Of a DNA stretch of 64,000 nucleotides, positions 20,789 through 32,978 are shown piece after piece (position 1 is the stretch's first letter; the number at the start of each line of letters is the position of its first letter). This stretch comes from Eubacteriales bacterium (GTDB lineage: Bacteria > Bacillota > Clostridia > Oscillospirales > CAG-382). The notes below the pieces were generated by a model, which saw only the letters and a program-made list of their open reading frames with translations, ran no database searches and was not told where the DNA came from. The stretch spans positions 9,100-73,099 of the forward strand of contig JAZQGP010000013.1 in NCBI GenBank assembly GCA_045540015.1, written 5' to 3'. Made by a program: the position numbers and the translations under genes.

Positions 20789-21972
20789 CGCTTCGATGGC
20801 TTGAAACAAGAGGCTACAGAAACCTTGAAAGCTCAAAGCTGGGTCTTTGCGAAGGAATAAACCTTCTTTACGGTCATAATGCCGCCGGTAAGACGAATAC
20901 GCTTGAAGCGCTTTATTTGTTTGCCGCAGGAAGAAGTTTTCGGACAAGGAACGAAAGAGAGCTTGTAAGAATAGGCGGTACATCCGCATCCGTAACGATA
21001 GGCTTTGATAAAAACGGTGTTGACAGGCAAATGTCTGTAAATTATCTGCTGTCGGGAAATGCGGGCTGTACAAGGCGCATGAAGGTTGACGGAGCAGCGG
21101 TAGACAGAATTTCGGAATTTCTTGGAGTTTTCAGAGCGGTACTTTTCACTCCCGACCATCTTGAGCTTGTAAAAGGCGCGCCCGACGGAAGACGTCATTT
21201 TATGGATGCAGCTCTCTGCCAGATAAAACCGGGATACGTTAAAAGTCTTAACAGGTACGAAAAAACGCTTGCAGAGCGAAACGCATACCTCAGGCGGGTA
21301 AAATACGGCGATGCAAAGCTTGATATGGCATATCTTGATGTAATGTCGGCAATGCTTGCACAGAATGCGGCGGTGCTTATAAAACAGCGCTCAAGCTATG
21401 CATCTCTCTTATCGGAGTATGCATCCGGAATGTACGAATTCCTGACAGGCGAAAAAGAAACACTGTTTACTGAATATTCAGGCTTTTCAAAGAACGTAAA
21501 ATACGACGATGAAAAGGCATGTGTGGGGGCACTTGAAGAGCATTACAAAAGGGCAACCGAAAGGGATTTGTCGCTCGGACGGACTTTTTCCGGTCCTCAC
21601 AGAGATGACCTTCTGGTATATATAGCAAAAAACAGACTTGATTTTGACCAAACCGAGGAAACAGACGAGGAAGAACAGACGGCAGGCAAGCTTGCCGCAA
21701 GAACGTTTGGTTCTCAGGGACAGCAAAGAAGTGCGGTGCTTGCACTGAAGCTTGCCGAGGGCGAGATGGTAAAGCGGCTTACGGGAGAGTATCCCGTGTT
21801 TCTGCTTGATGATTTGTTTTCCGAGCTTGATTCAGACAGAAGAAAAAAGCTCACCTCTCTGTTTTGTGAAAGACAGGCGGTTATAACAAGCTGCGATGAG
21901 CTTTCGCTTGGTCTTGCGGATAAGTTGTGTGCAGTTAACGTGGAAAGCGGAAAATGGAAAATCAAAAGTTGA
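20785..21972 (+). CDS. recF: DNA replication/repair protein RecF
   Basis: YRNL, GHNAAGKTNTLEA, GPHRDDL, GSQGQQRS, LLDDLFSELD. Confidence 0.96.
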   Translation: MTLRWLETRGYRNLESSKLGLCEGINLLYGHNAAGKTNTLEALYLFAAGRSFRTRNERELVRIGGTSASVTIGFDKNGVDRQMSVNYLLSGNAGCTRRMKVDGAAVDRISEFLGVFRAVLFTPDHLELVKGAPDGRRHFMDAALCQIKPGYVKSLNRYEKTLAERNAYLRRVKYGDAKLDMAYLDVMSAMLAQNAAVLIKQRSSYASLLSEYASGMYEFLTGEKETLFTEYSGFSKNVKYDDEKACVGALEEHYKRATERDLSLGRTFSGPHRDDLLVYIAKNRLDFDQTEETDEEEQTAGKLAARTFGSQGQQRSAVLALKLAEGEMVKRLTGEYPVFLLDDLFSELDSDRRKKLTSLFCERQAVITSCDELSLGLADKLCAVNVESGKWKIKS

Positions 21973-21990
21973 GAGGGCACAGTACAGAGT

Positions 21991-22266
21991 ATGAAGCATA
22001 ATCCACTTATTAATATAGGCGGTGTTTATATTCTTCCAAAAGAGGAAATACTCGGGGTTTTTGACCTTGACACCGCAAGCACAAAAACCGACACAAAGCG
22101 TTTCCTTTCAGCACACGAAAAAGCGGGGAGAATGGTGACTGTCGGATATGATATTCCCAAATCCTTTGTGGTAACGGCAAAGGGCAGACGGGAAAAGGTT
22201 TATATAACAACGCTTTCAAGCTCAAGCATAGAAAGCCGTTGGAAGCGGCAGTCAAAGCATTTATAG
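21991..22266 (+). CDS. remB: DUF370/RemB family protein
   Basis: I.GVFDLD and PKSFVV motifs; conserved position between recF and gyrB. Confidence 0.85.
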   Translation: MKHNPLINIGGVYILPKEEILGVFDLDTASTKTDTKRFLSAHEKAGRMVTVGYDIPKSFVVTAKGRREKVYITTLSSSSIESRWKRQSKHL

Positions 22267-24465
<2,199 letters not shown>

Positions 24466-24510
24466 TTTTGTCGATTTTATAAAAAATTAACAAAGCACAC
24501 GAAAAATGTG

Positions 24511-24539
24511 TTGACAAAGCTGAAAACAGAGTATATAAT
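24511..24539 (+). promoter_or_regulatory. Consensus SigA promoter of yceD
   Basis: TTGACA-17 nt-TATAAT. Confidence 0.8.
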
Positions 24540-24580
24540 ATATTTTGCGACTGTCAAGTCGGGATAATGAGGATATAAGC

Positions 24581-25138
24581 GTGAGTTCGGAATTTAATGA
24601 AAAAACGGTCGGTTTTACTGCCGACATATCCAAAATTTACAACGGCGAAAAAAATGAAATCCCCTTTGATTTTACTCTTGCTAATGAAGATTGCGAAGGC
24701 GAGGACATTGTGTTTGATACGCCCGTAAGAGTTACGGGAAGAGTCTATGAAAAGGCCGCCGCGAAGAACGATGCCGAGTGCTACATCAGAATAGAAATGA
24801 GGCTGTTCGGCGAGTACAGAACGCACTGTGCAAGGTGCGCTAAGGATTTGTCAAAGACTTTTGATATAAATGCAGAATACGGAGTTGCAAAGAAAGTAAA
24901 CGAAGAAAGCACGGACTATGTTGAAGCGCCGAACGGCGTGCTTGACGTAGGCGAGCTTGCAAGAACGGTTTTCCTTCTTTCGCTTCCTTCGAGAGTTCTG
25001 TGCAAAGAGGACTGCCGCGGACTTTGTCCGATGTGCGGATGCGATCTTAATGAGGGTACATGCTCCTGTAATCCCGATGCGTTTGCAAGAAAAGGCTTGT
25101 CTGCTTTGAAAAAACTTCTTGACAACAGCGAAGAATAG
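24581..25138 (+). CDS. yceD: DUF177/YceD family metal-binding protein
   Basis: CARC and LCKEDCRGLCPMCGCDLN..CSC motifs; upstream of rpmF. GTG start inferred. Confidence 0.9.
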   Translation: MSSEFNEKTVGFTADISKIYNGEKNEIPFDFTLANEDCEGEDIVFDTPVRVTGRVYEKAAAKNDAECYIRIEMRLFGEYRTHCARCAKDLSKTFDINAEYGVAKKVNEESTDYVEAPNGVLDVGELARTVFLLSLPSRVLCKEDCRGLCPMCGCDLNEGTCSCNPDAFARKGLSALKKLLDNSEE

Positions 25139-25147
25139 TAGTATAAT
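25119..25147 (+). promoter_or_regulatory. Consensus SigA promoter for rpmF overlapping the yceD 3' end
   Basis: TTGACA (25119)-17 nt-TATAAT (25142). Confidence 0.8.
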
Positions 25148-25192
25148 AGTCTTTGTATTTGATTAGTTTATTAAAATTAGGAGGTGCCGAAG

Positions 25193-25390
25193 ATGGCAGT
25201 ACCGAAGAGAAAGGTCTCCAAAGCGAGACGCGATAAGAGACGCAGCAATGTTTGGAAGCTCGGATTACCCGGCATGACAAAGTGTCCTAAGTGCGGAGCA
25301 TTCATTCTTTCGCACAGAGTTTGCAAGAACTGCGGAACATATGCCGGCAAGGAATACATTTCCACAGAGAGCAAGGCTAACGAGGCGTAA
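25193..25390 (+). CDS. rpmF: 50S ribosomal protein L32 (zinc-ribbon form)
   Basis: [29 protein letters not shown]. Confidence 0.97.
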   Translation: MAVPKRKVSKARRDKRRSNVWKLGLPGMTKCPKCGAFILSHRVCKNCGTYAGKEYISTESKANEA

Positions 25391-25420
25391 AGCACTTATA
25401 TAAGCCAAAAACAGCGAAAT

Positions 25421-25459
25421 AAGGGAAGGTTTGCCGAAACGAGCAAGTCTTCCTTTTTT
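25421..25459 (+). terminator. Probable terminator after rpmF
   Basis: AAGGGAAG...CTTCCTTTTTT. Confidence 0.55.
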
Positions 25460-25485
25460 CCGTTTTTTACAGGGAGAAGTTACAA

Positions 25486-26799
25486 ATGGTCACAGTATCG
25501 GGCGTTGAAGAAAAATCAATCGCCGCAAAAGCAGGAATTATTGCGGGAGACAAACTCGTTTCCATAAACGGAAACGACATAAATGATGTGCTTGACTACC
25601 GCTTCTATATCACAGAGCAAAAGCTCGAGTTGAAACTGGAGCGTGACTGCAAGGAATTTCTCTGCACTCTCAAGAAACCGCAGTATGATGATATAGGGCT
25701 TGAGTTTCAGACATATCTCATGGATGAAAAGCATTCCTGCACAAATAAGTGCGTGTTCTGCTTTATCGACCAGAACCCAAAAGGTATGCGTGAGCAGGTG
25801 TATTTCAAGGACGACGACTCAAGAATGTCGTTTTTGTACGGAAACTACGTAACGCTCACAAATATGAAAAGGTGCGAGGTAGACCGCCTTGTAAAAATGC
25901 GTATTTCTCCCATAAACATTTCGGTGCATACAACAAACCCCGATCTCAGATGTAAAATGCTGAATAACCGCTTTGCAGGTGAGGTTTTAAAATACCTCGA
26001 TGTATTCAGAGACGGAGAAATCATGATGAATTTCCAGATTGTTCTATGCCGCGGTCTTAATGACGGCAAGGAGCTTGAAAGGACACTTCGTGATTTGGCA
26101 AAATATTCTCCGTTTGTCGAAAGCATTGCGGTTGTGCCGGCAGGACTTACAAAGCACAGAGAGGGCTTGTATCAGCTTTCGGAGTTTGACAGAGACAGTG
26201 CAAGAGAAGTAATATCGCTTGTTGACGCTTTACGTTGTGAGTTTGCCGAAAAGTACGCAAATGAACTTGTACAGTGCTCGGACGAATGGTATCTCAAGGC
26301 AGAACTTTGTGTGCCGGATGAAGATTATTACAATGGTTACCCTCAGCTTGATAACGGCGTCGGCGTTATAAGAAGCCAGAAAACAGAAACCGAGGAACGT
26401 GTCCGCGAGCTTGTTGACGAGGGCTTTGAGCTTTGTGAGAAGAGAAGAATTTCCTCGGTTACAGGAAAAGCGGCGTTTGACTTTATGTCTGATATGGCAA
26501 AGCTTTTGAACGACAGCTTTGAAAACCTTGATTACACGGTTTACTGCGCCGAGAATAAGTTTTTCGGTGAGAGTGTTACGGTTGCAGGACTTTTAACGGG
26601 AAGCGATTTGTACGAGGCGCTGAAGGACAAGCCTCTTGGCGATGAATTGTTTATCCCGGATGTTATGCTAAGGTACGAGCAGGATATGTTTCTTGATAAC
26701 ATGACGCTTGAAGAGCTATCTGAAAAGCTGAAGATTAAAATAACTCCCGTCAAGTGTGACGGTTACGATTTTACCGATAAGATACTCGGTATTGAGTAA
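25486..26799 (+). CDS. PDZ + radical-SAM-like DUF512 Fe-S protein
   Basis: N-terminal PDZ, CTNKCVFCFIDQ (CxxxCxxC), KDDDSR, VTVAGLLTG; conserved position upstream of der. Confidence 0.9.
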   Translation: MVTVSGVEEKSIAAKAGIIAGDKLVSINGNDINDVLDYRFYITEQKLELKLERDCKEFLCTLKKPQYDDIGLEFQTYLMDEKHSCTNKCVFCFIDQNPKGMREQVYFKDDDSRMSFLYGNYVTLTNMKRCEVDRLVKMRISPINISVHTTNPDLRCKMLNNRFAGEVLKYLDVFRDGEIMMNFQIVLCRGLNDGKELERTLRDLAKYSPFVESIAVVPAGLTKHREGLYQLSEFDRDSAREVISLVDALRCEFAEKYANELVQCSDEWYLKAELCVPDEDYYNGYPQLDNGVGVIRSQKTETEERVRELVDEGFELCEKRRISSVTGKAAFDFMSDMAKLLNDSFENLDYTVYCAENKFFGESVTVAGLLTGSDLYEALKDKPLGDELFIPDVMLRYEQDMFLDNMTLEELSEKLKIKITPVKCDGYDFTDKILGIE

Positions 26800-26831
26800 A
26801 TAACGGGTATATAGGAAGGAAGGGTGAAAGC

Positions 26832-28160
26832 ATGTCAAAGCCCATAGTTGCAATAGTAGGAAGACCGAACGTTGGTAAAAGTACGTTTTTCAACAAGGTA
26901 GTGGGAAAGCGTATTGCCATAGTAGAGGATACTCCCGGAGTTACCCGCGACAGACTTTACTTTGAAGTAGAGTGGTGCGGAAGAAAAATGATGATGATTG
27001 ATACAGGCGGTATTGAGCCTGATACAAATGACCTTATCATGTCGCATATAAAGGCACAGGCACAGATTGCAATTGACAGTGCGGATGTTATTTTGTTTAT
27101 GACGGATATCCGTGCAGGTCTTACTGCGGATGACAGAGAGATAGCAACAATGCTCAGAAAATGCTCAAAGCCTGTTGTACTTTGTGTAAATAAGGTTGAC
27201 TCTATCGGCTCGCTTCCGGCGGAGTTTTACGAATTTTATGAGCTTGGACTTGGAGACCCGTACGCGGTGTCGTCTGTTCACGGAACAGGCTCGGGAGATA
27301 TACTTGAAAGAGTGTGTGAGCTTTTGCCGAATGAAGAAGATGAGGAAGAAGACGAGGATACAATCAAGGTTGCCGTTATAGGCAGACCCAATGCAGGAAA
27401 AAGCTCGCTTGTTAACCACATTCTCGGCGCAAACCGCATGATAGTTTCGGATATTGCAGGAACGACAAGAGATGCAATTGACTCGAATGTGGAAAATGAC
27501 CACGGAAAATATGTGTTTATAGATACCGCCGGAATACGTAAGACAGGAAAGCTTACGGATAATATCGAGCGCTACAGCGTACTTCGTGCTGAAATGGCGG
27601 TTGAGCGTGCGGACGTTTGCCTTATTGTAATAGATGCTACAGAGGGTGTGACCGCCCAGGACGAAAGAGTTGCAGGTATTGCACATGAAAGCGGTAAGGC
27701 TTGCGTTATTATAATCAATAAGTGGGACCTTGTGGAAAAGGATACAAAGACCATGGATAACTTCCGCAAAGATGTATATGCTGCGCTTTCATATATGACT
27801 TATGCTCCTGTGCTGTTTATTTCTGCAAAAACAGGGCAGAGAGTAGAGCGCATATTTGAGCTTGTAAACTACGTTAATGACCAGGCTTCAATGCGTATTT
27901 CAACAGGTATGCTCAATGACGTGTTAAATGACGCAACAACGCGTGTACAGCCTCCGACGGATAAAGGTAAGCGCCTTAAGATTTACTATATGACCCAGAC
28001 GGGAGTTAAAGCTCCGACGTTTGTTCTGTTCGTAAATAACGCAGAACTGTTCCATTTCTCTTATCAGAGATATATCGAGAATAAGCTTCGCGAGGTGTTC
28101 GGATTTGAAGGAACACCTATAAAGCTTGTCATAAGAGAAAAGGACGAGGACAAGAATTAA
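26832..28160 (+). CDS. der: Ribosome biogenesis GTPase Der (EngA)
   Basis: Two G domains (GRPNVGKST, GRPNAGKSS) and a KH-like C-terminus. Confidence 0.98.
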   Translation: MSKPIVAIVGRPNVGKSTFFNKVVGKRIAIVEDTPGVTRDRLYFEVEWCGRKMMMIDTGGIEPDTNDLIMSHIKAQAQIAIDSADVILFMTDIRAGLTADDREIATMLRKCSKPVVLCVNKVDSIGSLPAEFYEFYELGLGDPYAVSSVHGTGSGDILERVCELLPNEEDEEEDEDTIKVAVIGRPNAGKSSLVNHILGANRMIVSDIAGTTRDAIDSNVENDHGKYVFIDTAGIRKTGKLTDNIERYSVLRAEMAVERADVCLIVIDATEGVTAQDERVAGIAHESGKACVIIINKWDLVEKDTKTMDNFRKDVYAALSYMTYAPVLFISAKTGQRVERIFELVNYVNDQASMRISTGMLNDVLNDATTRVQPPTDKGKRLKIYYMTQTGVKAPTFVLFVNNAELFHFSYQRYIENKLREVFGFEGTPIKLVIREKDEDKN

Positions 28161-28170
28161 GACAGAGGAA

Positions 28171-28210
28171 AAGAGTGAAGAGCGTAGAAAAGGTGCGCAT
28201 TTCACTCTTT
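28171..28210 (+). terminator. Hairpin/terminator between der and addA
   Basis: AAGAGTGAA...TTCACTCTT followed by TACTTT. Confidence 0.5.
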
Positions 28211-28238
28211 ACTTTACATGAGGAAAGGAAGAAAAATT

Positions 28239-31200
28239 ATGCCTTTCACAGAAGCTCAAAATCTGGCAATTGATTTGAGAGACAGCTCGCTGCTGGTATC
28301 GGCAGGTGCAGGAAGCGGAAAAACCTCCGTGCTTACCGAAAGAATAATAAACAGGCTGTGCGATGAAACGGACGGCTGTAACATTACGGACTTTATTGTT
28401 GTTACCTTTACAAAAGCGGCGGCAAAGGAAATGTCTGACAGAATAAGGAAAAAGCTCTCGGAAAGAGCTTCTCTTGATATTTCCAATAAAAAAATACTCA
28501 GAAATCTTTCCCTTTTGCCTCTTGCCAAAATCTGCACAATTGACTCGTTTTGTTATGACCTTGTCAAGAATAATTTCCAGAAGCTCGGGCTCTCGGCATC
28601 ACTTCGCATGATAGACGAAGCGGAAGCGGCGGTTGTGAGAAACCGTATTGCAAACGAAGTGATTGATGACGCTTTTTCCGAGAACAATGGCGAGAGCAGT
28701 GAGGATTTTATTCTCGCATATGAGATTTTTTCGGGTGCCAAGAGCGATGACAGCTTTGTGCAAACATTGCTTGAGCTTGAAAACAAGATAAGCTCGTGTG
28801 CAAGTCCTGCGGATTTTATGAAAGCTACGCTTGAAAAATACAAGGAAGTAATTGAAAAGGATAATTTTTTTGACACTTTTTACGGCAGACAGCTTTGCGA
28901 ATATCTTGAAAAAACGCTCGAATCGGGCATAAACCGTCTTGAGGATATATATACACTTACGCTTGATTCGGGTGCTCTTGAAAAAAGCTATGCTCCTTCC
29001 GTCAAGGCGGACATAATGAGTTTTGAGGAAATAAAGAGAAAGCTTTCCGGTTTATATGATGATGTGAGAGAAGCTTTGCGTGGATTTTCAAAAGCAAGGC
29101 TCGGGACTTTGAAAAACTATGAAAATCCTGCTCTTCAGGAAAGAATAAAAAAGACAAAAAACGAAGTAGGCGACAGTCTGACAAAAAAGCTGTCTGTGTT
29201 GCTGAGAGCCGACGGACAAACAGTAAAACTCTGTGCCGAGGATTCATACAGAGTAATAAATGAGCTTTTCCGACTCGTTTTGGATTTTCGTGCAAGATAT
29301 ACGGCATATAAAACATCTCTCGGTATACTTGATTTTTCAGACTGTGCTCATTATGCCCTTGAGCTTTTGACGGAGAGCGTAAATCCTCTTGTTCCGTCAG
29401 AGCTTGCCTTTAGCATGAGACGACAGTATAAGGAAGTGTACATAGACGAATATCAGGACGTAAACGAGCTTCAGGACATGATATTTTTGTCGATATCAAG
29501 AACCGATGAAAATGGAAATGAAAACTCACGCTTTATGGTTGGTGACGTAAAGCAGAGTATATACGGCTTTCGCGGTGCAAGGCCGGATATTTTCAACAGC
29601 TACCGAAACACTTTTGATGATGCACAAGGCACATCGTCAAGAAAAAGAATTTTCATGTCGAATAACTTCAGATGCTCTCAAAGCGTTATCGACTTTACAA
29701 ACGGTCTGTTTTCGCGCCTTATGGGAAAAAATTATGCCGAGGGTGATGAGCTTATTTATTCACGCCAAGAGGCGTGCAAGGTAACTGACAAGGTTCATAT
29801 GATGATTTTTGATGCTACGGATGTTACGGACGAACAAGGGCCCGACAAATCCGAGATTGAGGCAAGAGAGATTGCAAAGAAGATACTTACTGTTGTCAAC
29901 AATCCCGAGCATGTTGGCAGTAACGGTCAGAAGTATACTTTTTCGGATGTTGCCGTGCTTACAAAAACAAAAAATGTGCATGAAACGTATGAAAGGGTAT
30001 TTACTCAGATGGGAATACCCGTGTTTGCGGATGCAGGAGAAAAATTCTATTCGAGAAAAGAAATAAAGCTTTCGCTTTGTATTTTGAACAGTATTGATAA
30101 TCCCGAGAGGGACATATACGTTGCAGGATTTCTCCGTTCGTGTATTGCAGGATTTACAGACGATGAGCTTTGCATAATAAAGCGCGGCAGAGAAAAAATG
30201 CGCCTGTACAGGGCACTTGAAAAATACGCAGAGGAAAATAAAAACTCAAATGATGAGCTTTCTAAAAAGTGCGAGAGCTTTGTGCAAAGGCTGACGCACT
30301 ACAGAGCGCTTTCAAGAAGCGCAGATGCTGCCGAGCTTGTCTGGGAGATTTACACAGACACAGACCTTTTGAACGTGTGTGCCTCGGTGCGTTTTGGAGT
30401 AAAAAGTGCCGAGGAAGGCGAGAATGCCCGCAAAAATCTCATGAAGCTGTATAATCTTGCGGTTAACTACACTAAAACCTCGTTCCGAGGAATAGGGGAT
30501 TTCCTTGAATACATAGACGGATGCAAGAGTAAGGACGACACAAAAGCGGATAGAATTCTTGCCGAACACAGCGTACAGCTTATGACGGTGCATCGCTCAA
30601 AGGGACTTGAATTTCCCGTGTGTTTTCTTGCGGACACCTCACATAAATTTTTCCACAAGGACGAGGATGCTTCGCTTCTGTTTTCGTTCTCGGACGGTGT
30701 TGCGGTAAGGCTTCGTGATACCGAGAGCATCAAGTGCCAGACAAGTGCAACGGGTAATATTAAAATAGAGACTCCATTCAGAGCACTTTTAAGGCTGCGT
30801 GAAAGACAGTCGGGCTTTGAGGAGGAAATCAGAACACTTTATGTGGCACTTACCCGTGCAAAAGACCTGCTATTTATAACCTCAAGCGTTGACAAAGATA
30901 AGCTTGCAGCTATTGTTGAAAAGGCATATGAAAATTCATTGAGAGGTGAATATTCTGCATCGGACAGCTATCTTGAGGCAATACTCTGCTGCATATCGCA
31001 TAGCAAAGTAATGAAAAACATATCTGGATGTGCCGAGCTTGATTTGCCTTATGATGACGACGTGTTTTCAAAATGCCTTGAGCTTGAAGCTGTGCGGCTT
31101 AAAAATGAGGATTTGCAGGTAGACGTGCCGTATGTAAATGTTCAGGCTCAGCCGGAATTGCCTTCTTTTGAAACTGATAAAGAGCTGCTTGAAAAGCTTA

Positions 31201-31886
31201 AATCAAACGACTTGTTTAAGTACAGAAGCGAAATTATGACAAAAATCCCGTCAAAGCTTACCGTGTCAATGCTTAAAACAGGACTTCTGGATGACGAGCA
31301 GACGGATTCCGATGATGTGAGAGATCTTCGTACTGCGCCTTTGTTTCTGTCAGATGAAACAGCACCGACAGGCTCGGAAAAGGGAACGGCTATGCATATG
31401 TTTATGCAGTTTGCTCGTTATGAAGAGTGTGAGAGCGGATGTGAAAAAGAAGCGGATAGGCTCCTTGATCAGGGGTTTATTGACAGCCGACAGAGGAAAA
31501 TACTCGATATTGCAGTTCTTGATGAATTTTTCCGTTCGGATTTCTATAAACTCATAAAGCAAAGCAAGAATGTTTTCAGAGAGCGCAGATTTAATCTGCT
31601 TACGGACGCGTCCGAATACACAGATAAAGTCCCGAAAGGACATGAAAACGTTCTGGTTCAGGGAGTAATTGACCTTTATTTTGAAAATGATGACGGTTCA
31701 TTTACCGTGGTTGACTTTAAAACCGACAGAGTAGGGGGGAAAGACGGAGAAAAAGTGCTTTGTGAAAGACATGCAAAACAGCTTGAATATTATTGCAGGG
31801 CTGTCAGAGAAATAACGGGAAAGCCCGTAAGAGATGCGTATTTGTATTCGTTTGCCATGATGAAGGCGATTCCCGTTGAAATATGA
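28239..31886 (+). CDS. addA: ATP-dependent helicase/nuclease subunit A
   Basis: SAGAGSGKT, TFTKAAA, DEYQD, VGDVKQSIYGFR, TVHRSKGLEF, LYVALTRA; C-terminal QGVID..DFKTD nuclease. Confidence 0.92.
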   Translation: MPFTEAQNLAIDLRDSSLLVSAGAGSGKTSVLTERIINRLCDETDGCNITDFIVVTFTKAAAKEMSDRIRKKLSERASLDISNKKILRNLSLLPLAKICTIDSFCYDLVKNNFQKLGLSASLRMIDEAEAAVVRNRIANEVIDDAFSENNGESSEDFILAYEIFSGAKSDDSFVQTLLELENKISSCASPADFMKATLEKYKEVIEKDNFFDTFYGRQLCEYLEKTLESGINRLEDIYTLTLDSGALEKSYAPSVKADIMSFEEIKRKLSGLYDDVREALRGFSKARLGTLKNYENPALQERIKKTKNEVGDSLTKKLSVLLRADGQTVKLCAEDSYRVINELFRLVLDFRARYTAYKTSLGILDFSDCAHYALELLTESVNPLVPSELAFSMRRQYKEVYIDEYQDVNELQDMIFLSISRTDENGNENSRFMVGDVKQSIYGFRGARPDIFNSYRNTFDDAQGTSSRKRIFMSNNFRCSQSVIDFTNGLFSRLMGKNYAEGDELIYSRQEACKVTDKVHMMIFDATDVTDEQGPDKSEIEAREIAKKILTVVNNPEHVGSNGQKYTFSDVAVLTKTKNVHETYERVFTQMGIPVFADAGEKFYSRKEIKLSLCILNSIDNPERDIYVAGFLRSCIAGFTDDELCIIKRGREKMRLYRALEKYAEENKNSNDELSKKCESFVQRLTHYRALSRSADAAELVWEIYTDTDLLNVCASVRFGVKSAEEGENARKNLMKLYNLAVNYTKTSFRGIGDFLEYIDGCKSKDDTKADRILAEHSVQLMTVHRSKGLEFPVCFLADTSHKFFHKDEDASLLFSFSDGVAVRLRDTESIKCQTSATGNIKIETPFRALLRLRERQSGFEEEIRTLYVALTRAKDLLFITSSVDKDKLAAIVEKAYENSLRGEYSASDSYLEAILCCISHSKVMKNISGCAELDLPYDDDVFSKCLELEAVRLKNEDLQVDVPYVNVQAQPELPSFETDKELLEKLKSNDLFKYRSEIMTKIPSKLTVSMLKTGLLDDEQTDSDDVRDLRTAPLFLSDETAPTGSEKGTAMHMFMQFARYEECESGCEKEADRLLDQGFIDSRQRKILDIAVLDEFFRSDFYKLIKQSKNVFRERRFNLLTDASEYTDKVPKGHENVLVQGVIDLYFENDDGSFTVVDFKTDRVGGKDGEKVLCERHAKQLEYYCRAVREITGKPVRDAYLYSFAMMKAIPVEI

Positions 31887-31892
31887 TGTATT

Positions 31893-31919
31893 AAGAGGGA
31901 TAAACGTGTCCCTCTTTTT
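31893..31919 (+). terminator. Terminator after addA
   Basis: AAGAGGGA..TCCCTCTT followed by a T-tract. Confidence 0.75.
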
Positions 31920-31929
31920 CAATTTTTTC

Positions 31930-31958
31930 TTGACATAACTTAATGAATATGATATACT
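31930..31958 (+). promoter_or_regulatory. SigA promoter of the metal ABC operon
   Basis: TTGACA-17 nt-TATACT. Confidence 0.8.
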
Positions 31959-31970
31959 GTAAAACGAATT

Positions 31971-31985
31971 TGAAAATGATTATCA
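31971..31985. promoter_or_regulatory. Fur-family (Fur/Zur/PerR-type) operator
   Basis: TGAAAATGATTATCA, one mismatch from the 7-1-7 TGATAATnATTATCA box, just downstream of the -10. Confidence 0.75.
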
Positions 31986-32015
31986 ATTTTGATTTGTCAG
32001 ATTTTGGAGATAAAA

Positions 32016-32978
32016 ATGAAATTTTTCAAGAGAGTTTTGTTTGCGGTAATTGCACTGTGTATGCTTTTGATGTCGGTTTCGTGTAAAGACCAAAGCAGTG
32101 ACGGCACGAGAGGGAAAATAAAAATTGTTGCTTCTGCTTTTCCGCAATATGATCTTATAAAGCAGATTGTCGGCGATAAAGCAGAACTTGTCATGCTTCT
32201 TCCCGCAGGCGGAGAGGTTCACACCTTTGACCCGTCGGTAAAGGATATAATGAATGTTGCAGATTGCGACGTTTTCGTATATAACGGCGGAGAATCCGAC
32301 GCATGGGTAGAAAATGTTATAGAATCAAGCGAAAACAGTGATATGATAAAGTTTTCATTCATGGAAAACTGTACCCTTGTTAAAGAGGAAATTGTCGAAG
32401 GCATGCAGCATCAGCATGACGGAGAAGAACACGAACATAAGACAATATCATATGATGAGCATGTGTGGACGTCTCCCGTAAAGCTCTCACAGATAGCAGA
32501 GGCTTTTACACAAACGCTTTGCATTTCCGATCCGGATAACAGCACATTTTATATTCAAAACGGTCAAGAGTACGCCAAAAAGCTACGGACTCTCGATGCA
32601 CGTTTCAGAGAAGTACGAGACAGAGCAGTTCGTTCAACGCTCATATTCGGCGACAGATTCCCGTTTGCGTATTTTGCAGAGGAATATGACCTTGACTACT
32701 ACGCCGCTTTTTCGGGATGTGCTTCAAATACCGAAGCAAGCGCCGCAACTCTAGCGTTTCTTACGGATAAGGTTAAGGAAGAAAATATTCCTGTAGTGTT
32801 TACCATTGAGTTTTCCGATGGCAAAATAGCAGATGCCATATGTGCTGCAAGCGGTGCAAAAAAGAGCATGCTTCATTCCTGTCATAATGTAACAAAGGAG
32901 CAGCTTGATGAGGGCGTAACATACCTTTCTCTTATGGAGGAAAATCTTGGCGTTCTTGAGGAGGCGATTTGCAAGTGA
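32016..32978 (+). CDS. Zn/Mn-type metal ABC substrate-binding lipoprotein (ZnuA/AdcA family)
   Basis: Lipobox SVSC, EVHTFDP, His-rich loop QHQHDGEEHEH, DEHVWTSP. Confidence 0.92.
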   Translation: MKFFKRVLFAVIALCMLLMSVSCKDQSSDGTRGKIKIVASAFPQYDLIKQIVGDKAELVMLLPAGGEVHTFDPSVKDIMNVADCDVFVYNGGESDAWVENVIESSENSDMIKFSFMENCTLVKEEIVEGMQHQHDGEEHEHKTISYDEHVWTSPVKLSQIAEAFTQTLCISDPDNSTFYIQNGQEYAKKLRTLDARFREVRDRAVRSTLIFGDRFPFAYFAEEYDLDYYAAFSGCASNTEASAATLAFLTDKVKEENIPVVFTIEFSDGKIADAICAASGAKKSMLHSCHNVTKEQLDEGVTYLSLMEENLGVLEEAICK

